The position numbers and the translations under genes were made by a program. The notes beneath the pieces are model-generated. The model ran no database searches and had not been told where the DNA came from. It saw only the letters and a program-made list of their open reading frames with translations. Below are positions 1 through 10,918 of a stretch of 64,000 bases of DNA, piece after piece. This DNA comes from Massalongia carnosa (lineage: Eukaryota), in NCBI GenBank assembly GCA_965645245.1, contig OZ287076.1:1736001-1800000 (forward strand), written 5' to 3'. How positions within the stretch are numbered: position 1 is the stretch's first letter; every line of letters begins with the position of its first letter.

Positions 1-2283
1 TCGTTTTACCGTAGTAATTTTAGCGTGTTGCAAATGGGGGTCGCTGCAGAAGGTTCAGACTTTAATGCCATCGGCTTGGCACACGCTAGCCTTCATGGTG
101 TCAGAACGTAAACTGACACGGCTGACAAAAAATCAGCTGGGGACATCCTCATGTTATCAGAAGCGCATTTACCCTTGGGACCCCATCATCGACGACGGCT
201 CTCTGAGCTGCCGCCATCGTAGATCCTTCAGCTCCATCGTCGACCACAACGTCTTCAAGAGCTGAATTTCTGATACTCAGGGTCGTCTTATACAGTGATC
301 GTTACTCCAATAGTGCGGGTGAAGAGAAGATAGAAAAGAAACATCATCGATGCGTACATTTTCGCTAGAAGACCAATAACTTTACGTTCTTGAAGGATTA
401 CCGAGTAGAGATGTCTTATTTTCTTGAGAGGATTCTCTTCTACCTGTTACTCTTTACGCCATCGGCGAGATGCCGTTCTACCGCATATCGAGGCGTAGCT
501 CGAATCCCAAACCAACGGCATCCAATTAGCAACTGGCACTCGTACCAAAGAACACTCGTTTATGCATTGAATATATTCACTTCGGTATTCAGAAGTATTG
601 TCCGGATACCCTCCCCTTTCTCTCTGAAACTCTTCGGCATTGGCCCAATCCCAACTCTGTAGAACCCTGGATCGTCTAAATTAGTCTTTTTCCGAAAAAT
701 CGGGAATTAAGACTCGTTCCCAAACTGCCTTGATACCTAAGTACATAGCTAGATATACCTAGCACTAGGTATGAAGCCTTCTTCTTTCTTGAAACTTTGG
801 ACCAAAACTGCCGTAGTTAACTACCTAGTTGATGTGCCACTGGCTGAGAAGAGTCCCAGAACCGGGAGTTTGCCGCCTTTAGCATTGAAAAGCTGAAAAG
901 CGCCTCCTCCTTCTTCTTCTTTTTCAGACCCCCCTCCCTCAAAACATGCGAGCGCATTACGCTATTCTATTTGATTAATATCATAGCCGCGAGTTTTTTT
1001 TAAAAAAAAAAGACAAAAAAGAAACCCCCTCCTTATTTCCATGCTCTATCGTTTCTTCAGTGTGTACAACCAGCCCGATTTTCGTATCAACATATACCCA
1101 TACATCCATACACACATAAACACTTACTCCTATATGAATATTTTCTCCTCCACTGCTATCCCTTACAAAGACCAAGACACCAAAAAAACCCCTCCTCTTC
1201 CCTTCCCCTTCCCCTTCCATATCGAATCGAGTCCCCTCAAGCCCATAACTACCTACCTATTCATTCACTTACCCATCCTTTAATCCTGGAGAAGTGCGCG
1301 TCGGAGAATCCTTCTTCCGGAGAAGGTCTGCTCTTAGAGTAGTAGGAGGAATAGCTTTCGTTGGAAGGGGATAGCTATGAATATTTTTCTAAGGCCCCGC
1401 AGCTTTTTACACATTGTCTACCATTGTCACCACCACCACCACAATTCCTCTCCTTGCAGTATTTCCTTTTCCTTTTCCGTTTCCGTTTCCCTTTCTTTTC
1501 TATTACCTAGAAATCGTTGCCTAAGTAATAAACATGAACCTGAAATAGAGTTTTGTGTTTTCGATTAGGGCGCAAAGATAGCCTCGGAAATCGAGTGGTA
1601 GAAATAAATCGTTAACGTTGAGGGAAGATAGATAGTGTTCGGAGAAATTAAATAAGACGAAGAGAGACAAGAAATACATAATATTAATTGTCGTTTGATC
1701 TTCTTCTTCTCGTTTGCATCATTGTCGGTTTGAAATCTGGTGTTGGGAGTGTATACTCGGGAGCATCCAATAAGAATATAACAAACTGGGCTGATCGCTT
1801 CGTAGGACGGGGATGGGGACGGGTATGAGAGAGTGTGTGTGGAGGATAGATTTAAAGGTGTTTTGGGGGTTAATTTTCAGCAGGGGCGAGTTCTGGGGTT
1901 TTTATGTGGAGAAAGAGCGAGGGGATCTGAGGGCTGCGGGGAGAGGGAGAAGTTAGGGTTCGAAATCGATTAAACCAATTCATTGAACTGGACGGCCTTT
2001 TTGGCAGCTCGCGTTGACGAATCCCGATAACATTACCTAGCTCAATATCACCACCCCCCTTTCCGTTCTCGGGTTGCGGTCTTCCACTGCTCGAAGTGCG
2101 TTGCGCGTAAAGAACTCGCCAGCCATATGTATGTACAAGCATGCCATTGAATATCCACAGGGACAGCGGACCCACACCCCGAAGCCGAGACATGGGCGTT
2201 ACTCCCTACGCTCCGGGTGCCATCCCATCATCAAACGTAATCAGCCGATTCACCTCAACGCGAACCCATGGGAGCAAGTGGTC

Positions 2284-3039
2284 CTACTCAGGGTCCAACT
2301 CCGGGTCGGGTGTTTTAAACTGATCCCTGAGACACCATGGCCTATCGATCTCCGAGCCAATACAAACGTCGAAGTACTGACTTTTGTTCTCTTGGTGGCA
2401 GTCTCGACACCATATCTGGCCGTACTTGTTCGCTTGAGATCGGAAATGCGAGAGATGACCGCCGAGTCTGGTGCACGAGGTCGGGAAATCTGCCGAGCAG
2501 AAATTGCAGTTTTGGCCATAGTTGTCGCATTGTGCCTTGTAGGTCAGACATGATAAGTTGTCGCACTTGGGATTGTTAGCCGGACATTTTTGGGAGCCTG
2601 GGCAGGCAATACAGTCAACGGGCGTCGATAACGTGGGTTCCGGCTTATCGCATATGAACAATGTGGCCTTGCGTTTCAGAAACTCGGCTTGCCCAGCAAC
2701 GACATAGTTAGGGCCGTCGTATCTGTCCGCTGGCATCTGGCTGTCGGGCGTTGGAGCCGAGAAAGCCGTTTCGCCAGACGCAAGAAGACATCCTCCGGAA
2801 AGTGAATCGCAGGATGGAGACTCATTGGTGGTGGAGAAGCTGGAAACCTTGGCGTTGGTGGAAGAGGGGGGAGAATTAGGTAAATTGGCGGAGCTAACGA
2901 GGAATTCGTCCATAATACTAACGGAGTCTTGTGGAATGGTATCAGAAGTGAATGCATGGTCCAACGCTGTCATGAACTCGTCGATAGGTGCTGCTGCCAC
3001 AGCTGTAGCGATTATAAGACCTAAAACGGCGAGTTGCAT
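2284..3039 (-). CDS. Secreted cysteine-rich protein (251 aa), orphan/effector-like
   Basis: Intronless ORF. Signal peptide MQLAVLGLIIATAVAAAP, Ser/Thr-rich pro-region, dibasic LKRK site, then a domain with 14 Cys including three CxxC motifs. Confidence 0.75.
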   Translation of the reverse strand: MQLAVLGLIIATAVAAAPIDEFMTALDHAFTSDTIPQDSVSIMDEFLVSSANLPNSPPSSTNAKVSSFSTTNESPSCDSLSGGCLLASGETAFSAPTPDSQMPADRYDGPNYVVAGQAEFLKRKATLFICDKPEPTLSTPVDCIACPGSQKCPANNPKCDNLSCLTYKAQCDNYGQNCNFCSADFPTSCTRLGGHLSHFRSQANKYGQIWCRDCHQENKSQYFDVCIGSEIDRPWCLRDQFKTPDPELDPE

Positions 3040-5858
3040 GATGAAAAGCTTGAATTCCTTTCGAGGTCTTTCAGAGGGCAGGTTGGGTACAGCGCCATAT
3101 ATCTGCTTTCCTTACATGAGCTGTCGAGCGACCCCAGAAAGCCTATCGATGCGGGGAGCAGTTGATCGATAAGTCTTCGTAGCTAAACGTTGTGTTTCAA
3201 TCCATCTTGACCAAGTTCGTCCGAGCGAAATAAGTTGATAGCGTCAGTTGCTTGCATTCCCGAACCGCTTGACCCGAAGTAGCCCAAGGGCTCTGACCAT
3301 CACGTACCAAACAACTTAAAATCTCATCGTGCGGCAACTTCTCTCCGAAGCCAGATCTATAGAGTCTAGATGAAGAATAGATTCGAAGCCTCAATTTAAT
3401 ACGAACCCATAAGACACAAACGCAGCGTCCATCCACATGGAGAATCAGAGCCAATCTCTTCCTTCCCAGCCAAAATTCCGACCCAGAAAAACGCCGGCGT
3501 TTATCAGAATCTCCCAAGTTGGGAAGAAGGTAATATGAAAACATTTCGGGCTGTTTCTTCCTCTTTGGTGCCGGGCTGAAACTAGCGAAAACTGCCCTTT
3601 GCCGCTAAATACTCGAGTTTCTCGTCAAGCAATCTAGTTGTGAAAGCAAAAAAAGGAAATGGGACGACATGGGCTAGCGAATCGCTCTACCTGAACCTTT
3701 CGAATCAGAGAGGTTGCTCCTAGACTCTAACTTTGCTTTGGCGTCACTTGGGCATTACCCCGTACTTGTTGTAAACAGTCTAGCCAAGAACCATACTGTC
3801 CAATCGAACCAGACCATTCTGACACCAATAAAGATACTGTCAACATTTAGGATCAACTCTTATAAGTATCTGCTGTAAACGCGTAATTCCACAAAGTAGC
3901 AGTACGTACGTAGTGTCGCTCTATGACCGGCTCGTCATTGGTTTTCTTGTCATGCTTTCTTAAGAACATAAATCGGATCCTGGGAGTTTCGTGGTGCTGT
4001 AAGGCTACTCTTATCTTAAGCGGTAGTTCGATGCACTGCAGAGGCTACGGCTAAGATAAAGGACCTTACTAACGTTTCAAAATAACCAAAGACTTAGGGG
4101 AGGCCTAAAGGATGCAAACAGAGACACTAGAAGGAATTGATTGAGTGCAGATTGAATCGATTGCTTGGTGAGAGGATTTAGATCAATATAAATGATGTCA
4201 ACAAACCAACTAAAGAAGAAAATACAGGAAGTTATACTGATTCCTAAGTTGTGCGAAGGCTCTTCAGGAGTTATGTCTATAAGACTTCGGTGTCACCAAT
4301 GAGCCCAGCCAAACTCAACTTTCCTCAGCCTTCAGTCACTTGTTCTGTTCGGCAAAGGCATCAAGCTCAACAATCCTACCTTGTTTAGATGTTCTTTTCT
4401 GCTTCAAATCATAAACCATCCGCTCTAAGCAACAGAGCCTTCCACCATCGCATAGGTATACGAGATCTATCCAATGGTATCAACGTCTAAAGTCCGAGCC
4501 ATGACAGTCAGTGCCTTGATATGGCTTTATATGATGGGCGGGTATTGTGTGCTCTTTCGAGTTAGCGAACTTTTAGCCTGAGCAAAGTCCCTGCATCCCC
4601 GAGCCGTCCTGCATGAGCGGTTTCAATCATTTTATACCTCTGGGTAGACACTAAGAAACAGATGGAATCTTTGAAAATCTTTATCGAAATATTAGTATCC
4701 TTGCTTCCCAATACGATTCCTTTTCAGATCGAGCATTCTCTTAAGTTTCCTTCAGCATTTTCAATCTTTTCTGTTCAAACCAATGTTTCAACCGCTCCTG
4801 GTGCAACCCGGCCAATTTCCTCCCGAAGAATGTTTCCTCGATAGCTTTGTGAAGTTTCCAGCTGTCGGAAACGGGACGTCTCGCTCGTACTCTAGAAATA
4901 TAACGGAAATTTCTGCACAGCAAAGATACCCAGCGAAAAATATGTACGACCTCTACTTCCTTATAAGCATTTGAAATCGCCTCGTTCAATTCCCTTGTTC
5001 CAGAAGTGCGGTTTTTTGAATCTTGAAGAATGGTCTTTCGCATCTTTAACGTACTGCTTCTTTTGGCTGAAATTGCTTTAGCTGCACCGCCAAAAACTGA
5101 TGTAGCAAAAAACCAGTCCTTTTGCTCCCCATAAACAACATGGCGCACCGCCTGAAGAGATTCCTTGAAACACGTTATGAACAGTAGTTTTTGGTGAGAA
5201 CCGTCCTGGCCATCCTACTAAAAGGGAGTTTGCCGGGGACTGCTTCTGGGTACCCCGACTTCTGCGAGGACTCCATATCTGCGCTGATTGGGGCAGCTGC
5301 AAAACCGGAGGGGTTGGTTCCAATGCGGGAGATGCGCTGTGGGGATTTTCATAACTTAATAATTAATGAAGGGCTAAGAAGACGGAGTGGAGGACTTCGT
5401 CCCAAGGGTCGACTTCGTACATAGTGTTGGAATACTCGCTTAGCCCCATTAGCTCTATCTCAGCCCTGCAGGCTGCCATGACTGCTATAAGAAGTCACCT
5501 CCGTAGTAATTTCAACATTATGCCGTCAACTGTTCATTTAACACATAGCACCACTTACAGCGGATCCTCTAACTCGGGCTCCCCAAAACTGAGACTATGA
5601 GACGTTTTCGACGAGATCGTAGATCATAACATGAGCTGAATGACCTGTAGATCACGTGCAGAATGAGGAACTGTAAGGATTATGCACCTCCTCATGCTTA
5701 TCCCATAATACAGAGTAACTACACCCTTCTAGAGGCTGAAGTGAATGAAAATGAACTTGTGACTTTCAAATCTGCGGATACACTCGTTCAACTTCTGATG
5801 AACGTGTTACCTATGAGAAAGCGACAAATTTAGGAAGGCCGCTACTTATCCCAATCCA

Positions 5859-8800
5859 ATGAGCCTTGCAAAGCTAGTGGGGCAGGACGGCTCACCTAAT
5901 CATTCTGGTTCGCAGCACGATCTTCCTTCCACCAAAGAGCTCCTGAAAGATCCAAGTATTTCGTATCTTCGAGAGCTCACATCCCCAACGCATGCGGAGG
6001 TCGAGTAGGTAGCCCGTTCACAGCGAAATGAGAGTATTGTTACTTCTAATGCGCTTCTAGCCTCGTGGCCGTGCATGGCTTGAATTGGTCCAACGCCGCG
6101 GCCTTTGGGGTCAGAACATGGACGGCGGGGGCTAAGGGCAGAGAAAGACTATGGCTGAAGGACTTCTTACCGCATCGGCTTCCCAACGTGCGGGTTCTGC
6201 TCTACGGCTACAATTCCAATGTAGCCTTCCGCACCAGCAAGGTTGGCGTTGGCGACATTGCAGAGGATTTACTGCAGAAGCTGTGGTCGAAACGGCAGGT
6301 TCGAGCATTCTTGGAGGGATGGGGAAATACAAATATTGATCAAGCTCTCGGTATTAGTCTGCCCCTGAACGGCCTTTGCTGTTTGTCTGTCACAGTCTGG
6401 GAGGACTGGTTGTAAAACGGGTACAAATCCCAGCTACTGCATTTCATGTGTCTATGATTGAGTTCTTGGTTGCTAAGCTCATGTTCAGGCAGTTGTGAAA
6501 GCCAAATATATTCCTCGCTATCAGGCTATCAGCTTGTCCGCCAAAACATTTGCATTTTTCGCCACTCCGCATCAGGGTGGGCACGGTGCAGGCATAGGAC
6601 AAGCTGCTGCTGCTCTCGTCAGGCATGTTGGCATGAACCCCAGAAATGGCTTTATGGAGGCCTTGCGAAAAGACTCCCACGTGGCGCCTGATATACATAA
6701 TGATTTTCTTGAGGGGCAAAGCAATTACCACATCTGCAGTTTTTATGAGTGTCAACGATTGCCGTTTGTGAGTGATTTGGTGAGTCCATCGATCTGTCCT
6801 CCTAGGCTAGCCTGATGGTCTGTAGATTGTCGAGAAATCCTCGGCGGTACTTGGGCTTGGAACTTTGGAGATTCGGGTCCCATGTCCCAACGCAAACCAT
6901 TCATCGATATGTAAATTCGCGAGCGAAAACGACGATTACAGATTTGTCATTGACGAAATAGAAGCGCTTGTGGAGTGGGCAATCGGATCAGCTCCAGCTC
7001 TTCCAGCCAGCCTGGGGCAGTTATCGATCGCTTCGTCGATAACTCACAGGAATGACTACTCAACGTCCGAACCACGCCGCTCCCTGGCACCTCCGGGCTC
7101 TTTCATTCCGCCTTCCATAAGGGAAACTAATCTTTTTGATGAGAAAAGTGTTAGCCCCTTTCAAGAAATCCCAGCAGTAAATCGCCCTCCACGGAAAGGA
7201 CCATTCTTTCTTGTACCTTTCGACCAAAACTTCAATTTTGTAGGTCACTCGGATATTCTCAGTCGTCTTAGTGCCTTCCACAACCTATCAGTCAAGCCTG
7301 GCACGAGATGTGCGCTTTATGGGTTGGGCGGGGTGGGGAAAACCCAAATTGCTTTAGAACACAGTTACCGCTATCAGCGTGATAACCCAGACCATTCGGT
7401 CTTCTGGGTCTATGCAAGCGATGTCCACCATCTGCATGAGTCTTTAGGATTGATTGCATCCCACTGTAGGATTTCGCGAACCGATGATCCGACCGACGTT
7501 ATGCTGGCTCGGGTAAAGCACTGGCTTTCGGAGAGAAAAAATGGGTCCTGGATGATGATTGTGGATAATGCGCACTCGGAGGAGACATTTTCAAAACTCG
7601 TTGGGGGTGATCAAGGAAGTCAAGCCATACATCCCACCAACCCATCGTCGTCCGCCAGGGTCAATTCCTACATACCCGATTGTACCCATGGAAAGGTTAT
7701 ACTTACGACGAACAACCAGTTGACTGCAAGGGCTTTGGCCGGAAATGGGCATATCCTTGAAGTTCTCTCTATGAATCAACAGAATGCGTGTGCATTACTT
7801 CGCAAGTATCTGGCAAATGGAGAATCTGGCGCTACCTATGGCCGAGATATTTACAAAACAGAGCTTGCTGAGGACTTGGCCACTCTTGCTAGACGACTAG
7901 ATAGCCTCCCTTTGGCTCTCGTTCAAGCAGTAGCCTACATAAACATTACCTCGTTGAGTGTGGAAGAGTATTTGGAATTAATCGCGAAGAACGAAGCAAG
8001 CATACCCGGCGTGCTTGAAGCCGAAGGCCCTGGCCATGAGAGAAGCTTTGATCTTTCCAAAGCCTTCATGACAACGTGGAAAGTTGCTTTTGACCAGATC
8101 GAGATCACATGCAGGCTAGCGGCGGAAACGTTGTCACTGGTGGCATTTTATGACGCGGAACGCATACCCAAAGCTCTTTTTAGCCATTTTCAGACAGGCG
8201 GCTCACAATCTTCTGTTCAATCCCTTGAGAAGCTTGTCGCATATTCATTCATTAAAGTCGAACCTAAAGCTGAGACTTTCAGTGTGCATCGACTTGTTCA
8301 ATTAGCTATGCGCAAACGCCTTGATGCTTCCTACACGGAGAAGAAATGGGCTGTTAAGGCGCTCAGGCTGCTGTCCGAGAACTTTCCAAGTGGAGACTAC
8401 GAGTCTTGGGAGATGTGCACTGCGCTTGTCCCGCATGCTTTAAAGATTTTGAGCAATGAGCTATACGGCCCCACCGAGGCTATACCACTTGGCATTCTTC
8501 AGTCCAAACTCAGCTGGTACTATCTGGGGAGGGGTTTTTTTGCTCAGGCGGACATTTGGAGTTGCCGGGCGGTAAACCATATGATTTCTGCGCCTGACGT
8601 AAAGCAGAGCGATGTGTTGGCTATCAAAGCGAAACGGATCATGGTGTTGCAAAAGCTAGGTCATTTCGAAAACGCCGAGGACTTGGCGCAAGAGGTGTGG
8701 AGGGCACGTAAAAGTACTCTAGGGGCTAAGCATGAAGACACACTGCAAAGCTTCACCACTTTATGTTTGGTTTACCAGGTACTAGGTAGATACGCCGAGG

Positions 8801-9777
8801 GAGAGACGGCCATGCGAAAGATAATCAAGAATCTTGAGAGAAGCTGTGACTTGGATGATGCTCCGGTTTTAGCTGCGAAGCAGCGACTAGCCACAATTCT
8901 CTGGAATCTCGGCTGTTACGCTGAGGCCGAGGATTTTGCACGAGCAGCCATCAAAGGCTACGAGAAGAACTCGGGCGCCCGTCATCCCGACACGTTGAAA
9001 AGTTACTGGGTACTTGCGCAAATCTACCTTGGCCAGGGTAAGGATACAGAAGCCGAGGAAATGGACATGGAAACCTGGACAGTGCAAAAACAGGTTCTTG
9101 GAGTGGACAGCCATGAAACTTTGAAGTCACAGTATGCACTCTCCAACGACCTTCAAGCTCAGTCCAAGTTCGCCGCAGCCGAGGCTCACAAGCGAGAAAT
9201 CTATCACAAGTCTATCTGCTTGGTTGGCCCGACGCATTTTTACACTCTCACTGTTGCAGCGGGCCTTGCGTCGTGTATAACGGCGTCCGCCATCACCAGT
9301 GGCAACTTAGAACCAAACCGTCTCGCAGAAGCCGAAGCTCTGTACCAGCTTTCACTTAATGGTCGCGAGAAATTTTTGCCCCTGGATCACCTGGAAATCT
9401 TGGCTGTCCGTACAGATCTCGCCGCCCTTCGCCGCTTGCGTGGACAAGTCCCCCTTCCCGAACTCGAAGCATCGGAACGGGATACCCTGGCCAAGCTCAA
9501 GAAGCTTGTCGGCAAGACCCACCCCTTCACAGTTCGCAGCCAGGACAACCTTGCGCGTATCCTCTGGCTGCAGCGCCACGATAGCGCCAAGCGAAAGGAG
9601 GCACTGAAGAAGGCGAAGGCGGTGTTCGAGATTACGGAACAGAGGCTGGGTTGGGCCAAGCGGGGGACGTGGTCAGCGGCCGAACTGGTGGTGGAGATGT
9701 CGCCGCCGGAAGGGCGTGAAGGAGAGGAGTTGGCGCGGAAGATTGCCTTTTGGAGGAACACGATTGGGTTTGCCTGA
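5859..9777 (+). CDS. Fungal NLR: SesB-like alpha/beta-hydrolase + NB-ARC + TPR repeats
   Basis: ATG at 5859. GT-AG introns at 6005-6060, 6299-6357, 6421-6489 and 6780-6826 join in frame to give DLVAVHGL, WLKDFLP, RVLLYGYNS, FVCHSLGGLVVK (nucleophile Ser), FFATPHQG and ANHSSICKF. Walker A GLGGVGKT, Walker B WMMIVDNA, LPLALVQA, VHRLVQL, then TPR-type repeats (LGAKHEDTL, GARHPDTL, LGVDSHETL). Confidence 0.92.
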
Positions 9778-10918
9778 GGGGACGGGGTTGGATACCGTGC
9801 ACTGATGACTCGTGAAGGGGGAGGGATAGTAAACGATTTACGGCCGACCGGGGGTTTTTGATATGGATTTGTGACATCTACCAGCAATTTATGATACATA
9901 CTAACATGCCCTCGTTGTTTCCAAATCCCTACTCCTCTTCAAACCAGCTCCATCCATTCATCTTTTCTCTACGCGTCACCACAAGTCGATCCCATGTCTT
10001 TCCGATACGTATACCTAGGTACCGTACCTACTTACTTACCCTGCCAAGAACGAAGGTTCTAGGTTCTTCAGCTTTTCCAAGGGAACCTGGGGAAGGGGAG
10101 AGAGTGGAGGTGGGGCGAGTGCGCTCTCTTCTTGAAAAGGGTTCAGGTGTGGAATATTCGGGGAGTTCCCGGGGGAAAGAAAGGATAGATATGAAGATGA
10201 TGGGTCTGATGGGGTTTTGGCTTAAGGGGTGGAGGGAGATTGAGTGAGGAAGAAGAAGGAGAAGAAGAAGAAGAGATATCGGGAATTGGGAGTAAGGGGT
10301 AGAGAGTCAAAGCAGTCCGGAGAATGAAGAATCGGATGATACCTACTTACATAGCTAGCTAGCTGGAAAATGCTGCATTTGGTTTTCGGTTTCGGTAAAG
10401 GAGGGGGTTTTGGTTTGTTTGGTGCTTGGCCCTTTCCTTATTTACTTATCTGGTTGATTGGCTGGTTGGGGTGCCTTGATCTTACCCACCTACTACCTGT
10501 CGTCTCTAGGTATTGCTGGCTGGTTGGCAAGCTCGCAGAACAGGAAAAAATCTGCAATGGCAAAACTCCGTCTTTACTAACTAGGTACTATCTTCTTCTC
10601 CGGGTATGTATGCGTCTAAAGTGTAGGCGGCGCTCGATATGTACCTAGGATGCAGAAAAAAAGGGGGTTGATGAACAAAAACCGCTTGGATCTAGCGGAT
10701 GGGGGTATCTTTGACGAAGCCTACCCAAACTCCTTTTGTCTCTCCTGCAAAATATTCCCATCGTAACCTTCCCTATGGGGCAAATTTAAAAAAAAAAAAA
10801 AAAACAATAAGAATAGAACCTAAAGTAAAAAACCTCCTCGCCCAGTTCATCCACAACCTAGCGGTAACCCTGTCGGCCATCACCGATACCCTAGCCAATG
10901 CACTCCTCCTATACAAAC

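Noticed and set aside
9800..9840. Hammerhead ribozyme core (CTGATGA) after the NLR stop
   Set aside because: No matching GAAA core with flanking stems.
10787..10804. Poly(A) tract downstream of the intronless Spok gene as a retrocopy tail
   Set aside because: The gene is on the minus strand, so the tract is poly(T) in sense orientation; no TSD seen.
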